Counted from the whole stretch's first letter, positions 24,919 to 36,840 are shown. The stretch is 63,838 nt of DNA, filler included, from Octopus bimaculoides (GCF_001194135.2; 5 parts of 5 records of this genome joined end to end with filler, not necessarily neighbours in it); one strand, 5' to 3'. Notes: generated from the sequence alone by a model not told the origin. Numbers and translations are program-made.

Positions 24919-25802
24919 TATAAGGCAAATAAGAAAATGGAGAGGATAAACAATCGACAAACATCAGCCAGTAAATTATATCTATTTATTAATTGATTAC
25001 AAACATATGAGTAAGTGATTCAAGTAAACGTATGAAATAAGCTGATAAATACGTAAGCAGATATATCTATATATTGAAATAAATGAATAATAGATGAGTC
25101 TACAAATACTAAACTCTTAAAGCCGTTTCTACCATGAAGCAGCCAAATCTTCCAAGTTATCCTCATTACGTCAGTGATGTACAGGGATGAACAAACATTG
25201 GACAGGGATTGGACAATGGTTGAGCCCCAAGGCTTCTTCAGAGAGTCCAAATGTTAGGAAACTAACATGTGGGAAACACGATGTAAACTGCAGCCTGCGG
25301 AAATTTCTCCTGAGAGTGAATTTATTTACCTCAAGATGGAATACCATGGATTATAATAGCACCTTAAAATGAAGTTTTTACCATTCCTTACTATTTCTAT
25401 TACATTATTTTTATTTTATTTTATCTTACCCTACTCTATTATTTTAACTTACTTTCCCACATGTTAGTTTCCTAAAATTTGGACTCTCTGAAGAAGCTTT
25501 GAGATTGTCCAATCTCTGTCCAATGTTTGTTCATCCCTGTATATCACTGACATGATGAGGATAAGTTGGAAGATTTGGTTGCCTCATGGTAGAAATGGCT
25601 GTAAGAGTTTAGTATTTGTACACTCATCTATTCATTTATTTCTCTATATATATCTGTTTACATATTAATCGGCTTATTTTATTTGTTTACTTGAATCACC
25701 TATACATATATTTGTAATCAATTAATAAATTGATATAATTGAATGTTTACTAGCTGATGTTTGTCGACTGTTTATCCTCTCCATTTTCTTATTTGCCTTA
25801 TA
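24919..25802. mobile_element. large fold-back element (about 350-bp inverted arms, 176-bp spacer)
   Basis: 24919-25276 is the reverse complement of 25453-25802 (e.g. TAAGGCAAATAAGAAAATGGAGAGGATAAACA / TGTTTATCCTCTCCATTTTCTTATTTGCCTTA); TA at both ends. Confidence 0.85.
25211..25248 (-). ncRNA. degenerate hammerhead-like motif in the fold-back arm
   Basis: Minus strand GGAC-TCT-CTGAAGA-AGCC-TTGG-GGCT-CAACC-ATT-GTCC. GAAAC box decayed to CAACC; the right-arm copy (25482-25510) has a deletion. Confidence 0.35.
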
Positions 25803-25807
25803 TATAT

Positions 25808-27228
25808 CATCATCATCGTTTAATGTCCGCCTTCCGTGCTAGCATGGGTTGGACGATTTGACTGAGGACTGGTGAACCAGATGGCTACACCAGGCTCCAA
25901 TCTGATTTTGAAGAGTTTCTACTGCTGGATGCCCTTCTTAACGCCAACCACTCCGAGAGTGTAATGGGTACTTTTACATGCCACCGGCACGAAGGCCAAT
26001 CAGGCGGTACTGGCAACAGCCACGCTCAAAATGGTGTATTTTATGTGCCACCCGCACAAGACCCAGTCCAGGGGCACTGGTCAACGACCTCGCTCGAATG
26101 TCTTTTCATGTGCCACCAGCACAAGTGCCAGTAATGTGACGCTCAAATGGTGCTATTTACGTGCCACTGGCACGGAAGCCAGACTGCTGCTCTGGCAATG
26201 ATCATGCTTGGACGGTGCTCTTAGCGTTCCACTGGTACAGGTGCCTCATGATTTCGCTTTCACGATTTCACTTTCACTTGCCCCAACAGGTCTTCACAAG
26301 CCGAGTTTAGTGTCCAATGAAGGAGAGGTTGGCATGGGTGCCAGTCGTCGAATTTGGTTCAATTTCGATTTCACTTGCCTCAACAGGTCTTCGCAAGCGG
26401 AGTTTAGTGTCCAATGAAGGAAAGGTATACATAGGNNNNNNNNNNNNNNNNNNNNNNNNNNNNNNNNNNNNNNNNNNNNNNNNNNNNNNNNNNNNNNNNN
26501 NNNNNNNNNNNNNNNNNNNNNNNNNNNNNNNNNNNNNNNNNNNNNNNNNNNNNNNNNNNNNNNNNNNNNNNNNNNNNNNNNNNNNNNNNNNNNNNNNNNN
26601 NNNNNNNNNNNNNNNNNNNNNNNNNNNNNNNNNNNNNNNNNNNNNNNNNNNNNNNNNNNNNNNNNNNNNNNNNNNNNNNNNNNNNNNNNNNNNNNNNNNN
26701 NNNNNNNNNNNNNNNNNNNNNNNNNNNNNNNNNGGTTTTAGTTAGGTTGACTCTAAGGCCCTTAGATTCTAGTCCTTGCTTCCACACCTGAAACTTCTCT
26801 AGTTCTGATAGTGACTCAGCAATTAGCTCCAGGTCATCAGCATAGAGGAGCTCCCAGGGGCATCCTGTCTTGAATTCCTGTGTTATTGCCTGGAGGACTA
26901 TGATAAATAGGAGGGGGCTGAGGACTGAACCTTGGTGGACCCCTACCTCTACCTGGAATTCTTCACTGTACTCATTGCCAACCCTCACCTTACTGACAGC
27001 GTCTCTGTACATGGCTCACACAGCTCTCACTAACCATTCTTCTATCCCTAGTTTCCTCATTGACCACCAGATAAGGGACTGGGGGACCCTGTCGAAGGCT
27101 TTCTTCATGTCAACGAAAGCTAGGTATAGAGGTTTATCTTTGGCTAGGTATTTCTCCTGCAGCTGTCTTACCAGAAATATAGCATCAGTGGTGCTTTTCC
27201 CTGACACAAACCCAAACTGTATCTCATA
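25808..27228 (-). mobile_element. 5'-truncated RTE-clade LINE
   Basis: (ATG)n 3' tail at 25808; about 600-bp 3'UTR with GCTGGATGCCCTTC motif; RT coding region upstream. Confidence 0.9.
26404..27228 (-). pseudogene. reverse transcriptase fragment of the RTE LINE
   Basis: QFGFVSGKSTTDAIF...FVDMKKAFDRV...WLVRAV*AMYRDAVSKVRV...GVHQGSVLSPLLF...LYADDL; one in-frame TGA at 27016-27018; partly in an N gap. Confidence 0.95.
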
Positions 27229-27261
27229 TATATAAATGTATGTATGTATGTATGTATACAT

Positions 27262-27398
27262 ATCTTTTATCTTTTACATGTTTCAGTTATCAGACTGTGG
27301 ACATGCTGGGGCACTGACTTGGAGAACATTTTAGTTGAACGAATCAACCTCAGTACTTATCATTTTAAGCCTGGTACTTACTGTATTGCTGAATCGCT
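27262..27398 (-). mobile_element. SINE family B, old 3' fragment
   Basis: CTTTTACATGTTTCAGTTATCAGACTGTGGACATGCTGGGGCAC...CCTGGTACTTA. Confidence 0.7.
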
Positions 27399-27419
27399 CA
27401 CACTCATGTAGATATATAT

Positions 27420-27737
27420 CATCATCATCATCATCGTCGTTTAACGTCCGCTTTCCATGCTAGCATGGGTTGGACGATTTGACTGAGGACTGGTGAAACC
27501 AGATGGCTACACCAGGCTCCAATCTGATTTGGCAGAGTTTCTACAGCTGGATCCCCTTCTTAATGCCAACCACTCAGAGAGTGTAGAGGGTGCTGTTACG
27601 TGCCACCGGCACGAAGGCCAGTCAGGCGGTACTGGCAACGGCCATGCTCAAAATGGTGTATTTTATGTGTCACCCGCACAAGAGCCAGTCCGGGGGCACA
27701 GGCAACGATCTCGCTCGAAAGTCCTTACACATGCCGC
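27420..27737 (-). mobile_element. second RTE LINE 3' end, same family as 25808
   Basis: (CAT)n-CGTTTAACGTCCGCTTTCCATGCTAGCATGGGTTGGACGATTTGACTGAGGACTGG, closely matching 25808-26100; ends at a spacer gap. Confidence 0.9.
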
Positions 27738-27919
27738 NNNNNNNNNNNNNNNNNNNNNNNNNNNNNNNNNNNNNNNNNNNNTTAATTAATTAANNNNNNN
27801 NNNNNNNNNNNNNNNNNNNNNNNNNNNNNNNNNNNNNTATATATATATATATGCATATATACATATATTTGTATATGTATGTATACATATATATATAAAT
27901 ACATATACATATAGATAAG

Positions 27920-27960
<41 letters not shown>

Positions 27961-28156
27961 GTATATATATAACAAATGCTTCTGCGTATTACCGAGAAAT
28001 TTATTGAGAGCGAACAAAAAACGCTTCTAAGCAAACGATCGTCGTCTTGTTTTTTAAAAAGAAATCTACAAGTCCATCTACGAGTGCTTCTGACTCGGCG
28101 ATCGCGTCTAAATGGTGTGCGCGAGTCTAGTGCGGGTAAAAGTTATTCAGAAAACG

Positions 28157-28190
<34 letters not shown>

Positions 28191-28493
28191 TAATAATAAT
28201 AATTTTTTATTATAAAGATCTCGATAACCTTTTTACTTTACATAAAGTATACTTTATAGTCGACTGTTGTTTTATTGCCCTTTATTTATGAATATCATAA
28301 ATTTTAATGGTAAAATATTTTTCTGACAACAAATTACGATTCATAACATTGTTACTATGGGAAGTTATTGCTCTGCTTTGCAGGTTTTCGCTTTACGAGC
28401 GGTCTTCGGGTACAAATCAGGTCGTGTATCGAGGCATTACTGTACAATCTAGTTTCCTCGGTGCCAATGCAAGAAACTCTCGGCACAAAATAC

Positions 28494-28690
28494 TGGTTTC
28501 AAATCTTGGCGCAAGGCCAGGAATTTCGGGTGATGTTTAAGTTGATTAGATCGACCCCTTTAGTCAACTGGTACTTATTTTATCGACACCGAAAGGACGA
28601 AACATAAAGTCGTGACTGGTGGCAATTAAATTCAGAACGTAAAGACGGACGAAATGCCGCTAAGTATCTTGCACGGCGTGCTAATGTTTC
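28494..28690 (-). mobile_element. SINE family A
   Basis: Family A core and head; tail type GGCCTTGCGCCAAGATTTGAAACCA. Confidence 0.85.
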
Positions 28691-28692
28691 GT

Positions 28693-28925
28693 ATCTCTTT
28701 ATTGCTCACAAGGGGCTAAACATAGAGAGGACAAACAAGGACAGACAAAGGGATCAAGTCGATTACATCGACTTCAATGCGTAACTGGTCCTTGATTTTA
28801 TCGACCCCGAAAAGATGAAAGGCAAAGTCGACCTCGGCGGAATTTGAACTCAGAACATAACGGCAGACGAAAGACCGCTAAGCATTTCGCCCGACAAGCT
28901 AACGTTTCTCCCAACTCACCGCTTT
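28693..28925 (-). mobile_element. SINE family A
   Basis: Family A core and head; tail type CCCTTTGTCTGTCCTTGTTTGTCC...GCCCCTTGTGAGCAATAAAGAGAT. Confidence 0.9.
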
Positions 28926-28943
28926 CTCTCGCTATGAAATGTT

Positions 28944-29161
28944 GGTTACAAATTTTGACACAAGGCCACCGATATTAAAGGAGGGGTAAATCGATTACAT
29001 CGACCCCATGTTCAACTGATACTTATTTTATCGACCACCAGAATAATGAAAGACAAAGTCGACCCCTACAGCGTATGAACTGACAACAGAAAAACGGACG
29101 AAATATCAAAACGAAAATGCATTTTGCCCGGCGTGTTAACGATTCTGCCATTTCGCTGCCG
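28944..29161 (-). mobile_element. SINE family A (older)
   Basis: Diverged family A core; tail type GGCCTTGTGTCAAAATTTGTAACCAA; head GGCAGCGAAATGGCAGAATCGTTAAC. Confidence 0.8.
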
Positions 29162-29822
29162 TATGTCAGCAGAAAATATTAATTACTGATCATTCTGAGC
29201 AGTCAATAGAAGGCGGTTATTCACGTTGCCATGCAACGAGATCGACCGTGCATCAGGTCGTTGCAATGTTCACTTGCTCACGCATCAATCTCAGTTATTC
29301 GAGCTTATAATGAACTTGGATATGCATACATACATACATACATATACGTGAGTGTGTGTGTATATACATATATATATATATATACATACATATATATACA
29401 TATATATATAAATATATACACATATATGTACAGTGATGCACGTTCTCTCTCTCTCTCTCTCTCTCGCGCACGCACACATTTATTCTAGCAATTATTATTC
29501 TATACCACTGATAAATATTAGATAGCAATATCTCATTATCTGACTCAATAGATTATGACAAGAGGAACCACCATATATAGCATTGTTGATGATGTTAGTC
29601 TTGATGAGGAAGATATATAATTAAAGTTATTCCAGCTGTGACAATGCCATCCTATGTAATATATGTCTACGATATACGATGCTCCTTTCTTTTTTTTATC
29701 TACGATACCTACAAATTTTTGTCTGTTCGTCGATAAGGAGAATTTCACTTAGTGACAGTATTTCTACTTGTTTTATGTAAATCATATAATTACTGTTACT
29801 GATTTCTGCTCTGCCTATGTTA

Positions 29823-29856
<34 letters not shown>

Positions 29857-30326
29857 NNNNNNNNNNNNNNNNNNNNNNNNNNNNNNNNNNNNNNNNNNNN
29901 NNNNNNNNNNNNNNNNNNNNNNNNNNNNNNNNNNNNNNNNNNNNNNNNNNNNNNNNNNNNNNNNNNNNNNNNNNNNNNNNNNNNNNNNNNNNNNNNNNNN
30001 NNNNNNNNNNNNNNNNNNNNNNNNNNNNNNNNNNNNNNNNNNNNNNNNNNNNNNNNNNNNNNNNNNNNNNNNNNNNNNNNNNNNNNNNNNNNNNNNNNNN
30101 NNNNNNNNNNNNNNNNNNNNNNNNNNNNNNNNNNNNNNNNNNNNNNNNNNNNNNNNNNNNNNNNNNNNNNNNNNNNNNNNNNNNNNNNNNNNNNNNNNNN
30201 NNNNNNNNNNNNNNNNNNNNNNNNNNNNNNNNNNNNNNNNNNNNNNNNNNNNNNNNNNNNNNNNNNNNNNNNNNNNNNNNNNNNNNNNNNNNNNNNNNNN
30301 NNNNNNNNNNNNNNNNNNNNNNNNNN

Positions 30327-30494
30327 CCGGCTAAGGTTAATAGAAAATACAGAATCATTTTTTTCAACATATTCCCCTCTCAGATACACCAAATTATTTC
30401 AGTAGTTCTTCAGTTTTTCTAACGCGGAAGGTTGGGCCCTAACCATGCCTTTCGCGATACCCTTAAAACCAGGAACTTTTCAGCAGTCCCTCGT
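30327..30494 (-). mobile_element. mariner-derived MITE
   Basis: TIR-like CCAGGAACTTTTCAGCAGTCCCTCGT at the right end; minus-strand EKLKNY*NNLVYLRGEYVEK matches the mariner transposase C-terminus; left end in gap. Confidence 0.65.
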
Positions 30495-31669
30495 GTAGCT
30501 GGACAAGAAAATTAAGAGTGCCGATTATTTCGAAATCGAAACGTTATCATTATCAAATAGTAAATGGAAGCATGCAGTAAGGAGTGATTTTAATCACAGA
30601 CGACAACAGTGACAACCCTAGGAGCATTTCGGCGTTATTAGATCTCCTCATTGAAGTATTGCCATACCAGAACTACTAGAATCTAGATGATGGTGAAATA
30701 TGAAGTTCTTTATCGAATGAAGTTTGACAACGTTACAACTTTGATTCGATGTCCTTTCCGGCACCATTAACTTGTTCGCCAGCAAACAATCATGATTTCA
30801 CAAGACAATCATGGTACACAAATGTCTCGACGTAACTTATAACCGACCGAAATTTTACTATTGGTTCTTTGTTGGTGAAGTGTTGATCTGTGGTGATCTT
30901 AGGATGAGTTTTGCCGCTTGTGCAATTGAATAAACTGAACCCGTTCCATGCATTCCTCAACTCAACTAATATTATTATGAATTCAGCAATTTTGTCCAAC
31001 ACCCGGCTGCCTAAAATTTGAAATGAGCCTCAGATTTGGCTATTTCTCTACTTAAACACTATGTGACCAGAGCCTTGAACCCAGGCTTCACTTGTACTAA
31101 TGCATCGAATGTGTAATGGAGTAGCTGTCCTCGACTGACGAAATACAATGGCAAGTAACATATTCATGGAACGTGTTAAGAAAAGAGGTGCAAGTCATAG
31201 CTAAATTGAAACCTTCCATCGAAATTCCTTGTTAATTTATATTCTGAATACCAACATTATAATGGCAAATTTATTTCACCTAATCTTCATCATTTTCAAA
31301 ACAAATACAATGTATTTCAACTGAAATATGTTGAAAAAAAGGTTTGACCCCTTGTTAGAGAATTGCTTTTTGTTTTACACTCACACCAGCACTGATGAAG
31401 TAGATGGCTTATGATCAAAGCGTTTTCAACAGTGAACGTCTGTCTAGTTTATATGAGAATATATTATCAATGAATCATTTCCTTACTTACTGACTGCGTC
31501 ACGAATTTTCAAAGAGAGAAGGTTTCCAGTTTTAGCGGGTTCTGTGACCACAGACTAGCCCTTCGTTGGTTCGCTTCTTATGTCCCTGGTTTCAATATTA
31601 ACAAAAAAATCCTTTGTGCTGTTCAACGTATGTATTGCACTATTAAATCTGTGTATATTGAATGATCTG

Positions 31670-32055
31670 TGGAGGCGCAATGGCCCAGTGGTTAGGGCAG
31701 CGGACTCGCGGTCATAGAATCGCTGTTTCGATTCCCAGACCGGGTGTTGTGAGTGTTTGTTAAGCGAAAACACCTAAAAGCTCCACGAGGCTCCGGCAAG
31801 GGATGGTGGCGAACCCTGCTGTACTCTTTCACCACCACTTTCTCTCACTCTTACTTCCTGTTTCTGTTGTGCCTGTAATTCAAAGGGTCAGCCTTGTCAC
31901 ACTGTGTCACGCTGAATATCCCTGAGATCTACGTTAAGGGTACACATGTCTGTGGAGTGCTCAGCCACTTGCACGTTAATTTCACGAGCAGGCTGTTCCG
32001 TTGATCGGATCAACTGGAACACTCGACGTCGTAAGCGACGGAGTGCCAACAACAA
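31670..32055 (+). mobile_element. full-length tRNA-headed SINE, family C, with 13-bp TSD
   Basis: A box TGGCCCAGTGG, B box GTTTCGATTCC, (CAA)n tail; perfect flanking duplication ATTGAATGATCTG at 31657-31669 and 32056-32068. Confidence 0.92.
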
Positions 32056-34080
32056 ATTGAATGATCTGATGCTGTTTCACTATTCGTGTAAAGAAACTCG
32101 CTATACCATTATTCGGTGTATTTATAAGCATTAAATAACATATATTCTTTATGAAATGCAGTAGAAATTGTGTCTCCCACAATGTACATTTCAGAGCAAC
32201 ATGCTCGTTCTAAATAGCCATTACCATTTTCTTCCCAACCGTAAATCTTGCAGTCATTTAGTTCTCCTTCTGGGCAACTTTTAAAATTCTCAAATTTAGT
32301 GTGAATCTTAGACTTCAGCTCAGTCAATATGAATTAATTGTAACAGATTATTCGTTTGGTATCGTTAACATGTTAATTATTCTAATAACTAAATAAATAC
32401 TTCCACCAGAGAACTGTTAAGGTATTTAATTGCAGACCGATATAGCTCCTCCGGGAGAGAACTTGAAACTTCTGTAGCATAATGTTCATTCCAGATAGAT
32501 TAATACTATTTACCAGCATAGTAGTCATAAATGCTATTTGTTATTCAAGTTGGCCTCCTGAACAGATGAAGAGATTGAAAGATATATATTTGTTTGTCAT
32601 AATTTACCTCCAAGATAAGGCGGAAATAATTAATTTCAGACAAGATAGATTTAACTACAGCAAACTTAATTGCATTTTCCTAAGGCAGTATAGATAGTGC
32701 GGAAAGAATGTCTGCGTTTGTTATCCTATAACTCGACTTGCGTAGTTTATAAGTCAACCACTATGACTAGTTAGTTGTAATGTTTGAATAATTATGCAAA
32801 ATAACACACTTCCTACATGTTTAACATGTTTAACATCTTACTTAATATTAATATCATTTCTCGGTTTGTTATCCACCATAAAAAGAAGTATCCCAATAAA
32901 TAAGCAAAATTTAAAGCTTGATATTTTTCGACAGAATTTTTCCTGAAAATAAAAATAAAGAACCAAAATTTCTTTATAGCTCATGACATGCTGTCTATTT
33001 ACTCCTTCAATAAAATTCATTAACTTAAGGATATTATATAACTCTGAGCATGAAAAGATTTATTATGATAATAAAAGATGAGATTAAATTTCAGTTACTG
33101 CAAATTCAGAGTAGGTTAAATAGTTCACATTACAGAAAAGCCACACACACACACACNNNNNNNNNNNNNNNNNNNNNNNNNNNNNNNNNNNNNNNNNNNN
33201 NNNNNNNNNNNNNNNNNNNNNNNNNNNNNNNNNNNNNNNNNNNNNNNNNNNNNNNNNNNNNNNNNNNNNNNNNNNNNNNNNNNNNNNNNNNNNNNNNNNN
33301 NNNNNNNNNNNNNNNNNNNNNNNNNNNNNNNNNNNNNNNNNNNNNNNNNNNNNNNNNNNNNNNNNNNNNNNNNNNNNNNNNNNNNNNNNNNNNNNNNNNN
33401 NNNNNNNNNNNNNNNNNNNNNNNNNNNNNNNNNNNNNNNNNNNNNNNNNNNNNNNNNNNNNNNNNNNNNNNNNNNNNNNNNNNNNNNNNNNNNNNNNNNN
33501 NNNNNNNNNNNNNNNNNNNNNNNNNNNNNNNNNNNNNNNNNNNNNNNNNNNNNNNNNNNNNNNNNNNNNNNNNNNNNNNNNNNNNNNNNNNNNNNNNNNN
33601 NNNNNNNNNNNNNNNNNNNNNNNNNNNNNNNNNNNNNNNNNNNNNNNNNNNNNNNNNNNNNNNNNNNNNNNNNNNNNNNNNNNNNNNNNNNNNNNNNNNN
33701 NNNNNNNNNNNNNNNNNNNNNNNNNNNNNNNNNNNNNNNNNNNNNNNNNNNNNNNNNNNNNNNNNNNNNNNNNNNNNNNNNTCCCCCTCCTCCTCCTCCT
33801 CCTCCTCCTTCTTCTTCTTCTTCTTCTTCTTCTTCTTCTTCTTCCGCGTCTCTCACTCTTGCTGTTACTACTGCTTGTGCAACGTGGCATTTATTAGTTC
33901 TTCAATATTAGACTATCGACAATCTTTGTGCTAATTCCTATCCATACACACATACCTCCACGTGTATATATGTGCGGCGCATACACACGAAATCAAAGAC
34001 TACTAAATATATTGCAGAGAAAGTCTAGTGTTCTCAAGCAATTATTACTTAATTTCATAAGGACGCCTCCATAATGCCTA

Positions 34081-34410
34081 GTCCTGTGGTTTAATGGCTT
34101 GTGAGTTTCAATGACCCTGAAAGCTATGTTAGCAGAGCCCATGCACTTTGCAAGGCTTGCCAAGGTGGACAGATTGTAGAATAGACTGACTATTACAGAA
34201 CACGTATTCCCAGAAATAAAAAATGGTTTTCATTAGGATTAACACGCTTACGAAGGAAAAAGCTACGTTACAGAATCATGTATGATAATACAAAACCAAT
34301 AAGGCCTAGGAAAGAAAGGCCTTAAAGACAGAGCGCAGATTTCGTAACAGTAAAGGGAGGAGTCGTCGATGACCTATCCTCCATAGGGAGTGTGAAGCTG
34401 AAAGTAAGTT
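34081..34410 (+). mobile_element. possible non-autonomous RTE derivative (5'UTR-like plus 3'-end-like parts)
   Basis: GGCTTGTGAGTTTCAATGACCCTGAAAGCTATG and GACCTATCCTCCATAGGGAGTG...AAAGTAAGT resemble, from memory, the non-coding ends of RTE elements; no ORF. Confidence 0.35.
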
Positions 34411-34989
34411 CATAGGCACAGAAACACGCTTTCTCATCAATTAAATCTTCAATAGGAATGAAGTCTTCTCTGCATGCGATATGTAACGCGGATTGTTATT
34501 GGCCGTTTGTATTTTCGCTGCAATCTACTGGTGTTAGAGACCATACGAGGTTGCTAGAAGCTAAAATCGACGCTCTGAAAGCTATTCATCCAAAACTATT
34601 GTCTCTGCTTGAAAGAAAATTTAGTCTTCGAAATTTTCAGGTACTTTTCAGGATCATTCAGCTGCAGTATTTTTATGTGACAGCAACTGGAAACCAGTTC
34701 GGGCTTCTTATTCAGAAATAATACTGTCTATTTTGAGATAGGCAGTTTCTCGGAGAGATAGGGCATGAAAGAGTATGGGAGAGCAATGTCAGCAAAGTTC
34801 CAAGGTGTAATCGTGCAGGAGTGTCCTAAGTCACTAAAATAGCAGTTAAAATCAACTGAGAACTGGGCTTTCGCTTGCCCCTCGACCTATTAGCGATAGA
34901 TGGTATTCTCTCATGACGTTGTTATCAATAAAAACCCTAACTTTCTGTGGCGGTCTGATATCTCTCACGGAAACAATACAAGCCGTACT

Positions 34990-35203
34990 AAGGAGCGAGT
35001 TGCCAGAATTGTTTGTATGGCGGGATAAATGCTTGGTATTTTGCCCGTCTTTACGTTCAGTGTTCAAATTCCGACGATGTCGGTTTTACCTTTCATCCTT
35101 TCTGTGTCAATAAAATAGCTAAGAACTGTGCATTTGGGTTGGATGTAATCAACATACCCGCTTCCCTGAATTTGCCTGCTCTGCACCAAAATTTGAAAGC
35201 AAT
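34990..35203 (+). mobile_element. SINE family A (diverged)
   Basis: GAGCGAGTTGCCAGAATTGTT...GTTCAAATTCCG...CCTTTCATCCTTTCTGTGTCAATAAAATA. Confidence 0.8.
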
Positions 35204-35242
35204 AAGTGTGTATATATTTATGTAACTGTGTGTTTATGTTTG

Positions 35243-35274
<32 letters not shown>

Positions 35275-35311
35275 GATGTATGTATGGATGGATGGATGGA
35301 TGAGTGAAAGG

Positions 35312-35665
35312 ATGTGTCATTGTTCAGTTTTATTTCAAGATTTCTTGCCAATATAGAAAGAACCGGTTTCTAACCTAGATCCAAGACTCCTTCATTGATA
35401 TTTCAACATCATCATCAGAGTATTTTCGTATGTATGTATGTATTTATGTATTTATGTATGTATGTGTGCAGATTTGTATGTTTTGTTTTATGTACGTATT
35501 CTGATGCCTATTGCTGCATATCTATACGTGCTCGTATATATATTTAAATGATAAACTCCTAGAAAGTTTTACAGATTTTTACAGTTCCACCGATAGACTG
35601 GATCTGTAGTCTTCGAATTACCTTTATTCTGTTTGGTTTTGAGAAGCCTAATTTCTCAAGATTAG
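35312..35665 (-). pseudogene. 3' end of an RLE LINE related to 12123-12510
   Basis: Minus strand NLEKLGFSKTKQNK/VIRRLQIQSIGGTVKICKTF*EFII* aligns with NLDKLGLSEREIDWLIRTLQVQSVSGTVKICKTFLKF; 3'UTR shares GGAG.CTTG.AT...GTT.GAAACCGG.TC and terminal GACACAT. Confidence 0.85.
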
Positions 35666-35863
35666 TATGTATGTATGTTTGTATGTATGTATGTATGTAT
35701 CTATCTATCTATGTATGTATGCATGCATGTATGTATGTATGTATGTATATATGTATGTATGTATGTATCTACGCTAATACATATTCCTATTGTACTAAAT
35801 GTCATGAGGTCTTTTCTGAATGTAATATTATTACATAACTATTAATATTACGCGTTAGAGAAT

Positions 35864-36067
35864 GTGGTGAGCTGGCAGAATCGTTACCGTACCAGGCAAG
35901 AATCCTTTGAAGCTTTAGTTCTGAGTTCAAATTCCGTGAAGGTAGGCTTTGCTCTTCATTCTTTCGGAGTCGTTGAAAATAAGTAGCATATGAACACCGA
36001 ATGTGACGTAATCTATTAACCCGTAACCCAAATTTTGAGACCTCATGCCTATGGTAGAAGAGATATT
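35864..36067 (+). mobile_element. SINE family A (diverged)
   Basis: GGTGAGCTGGCAGAATCGTTA...TTCTGAGTTCAAATTCC...TGCCTATGGTAGAAG. Confidence 0.8.
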
Positions 36068-36762
36068 ACCCGTCAAAAAACAAACATATCCCTGATATTG
36101 TCTTTGTGTAAACTTCCTCCTTACAACGTAGGAAAACATATTTCAGCTGTTTTGCTTCATTCACTCACTTTGTGATAAAATCCATTTTGTAGATATTTTC
36201 CTAAGGATAGATTGTCGAATAACTTTCTAATGAAGAAATTTGTTTAAAATGTAAACATGTATTTAATTAAAACAATACTTGGCGTAACATAAAACTAAAC
36301 GCGCTACAGATTATAATAAATTGCTTGCACAATTTTTTTTTTTATTTAGATGTAGCGAGGAAAATAATTGTTAATTATTTGATCCGTCTTATTTTCAAAA
36401 TTCGGTTTGTATTTTCTCTATGTTCCATTTTTAGTCCCGAGGTCGTGCCAGCCTATGCACTTTAAGTATATATGACTAACAGATTTTGTTGGGTCATTAT
36501 GCCAATAATAGACACATGTACTGGTTCTGTTTCGCTTCTTTATTTTTATTAGACAATTAGCTAATCATATAACGAACTAATTGATTGTTTCATTAATCGT
36601 TCAGCTAGGTTTGTCAAAGTCCTTTCGTTGTGACTCATGATCTCATCAATGTCATATCCCCTCTAAACCTGTTTTGTTTAGGTATGCCTCTCTGACTGTT
36701 CCTAGCTTACAGATTCGAAATTTATAGTGAGTGATAATGTATGTGAGTGAGAAAGAGAGAGA

Positions 36763-36840
<78 letters not shown>

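Noticed and set aside
31670-31745. tRNA genes at SINE heads (families A-D)
   Set aside because: They have A/B-box similarity but no complete cloverleaf, and continue into SINE bodies and tails.
32109-32327. Cys-containing 72-aa minus-strand ORF
   Set aside because: TTG start, no convincing splice sites, no recognisable family; cannot be supported without RNA data.
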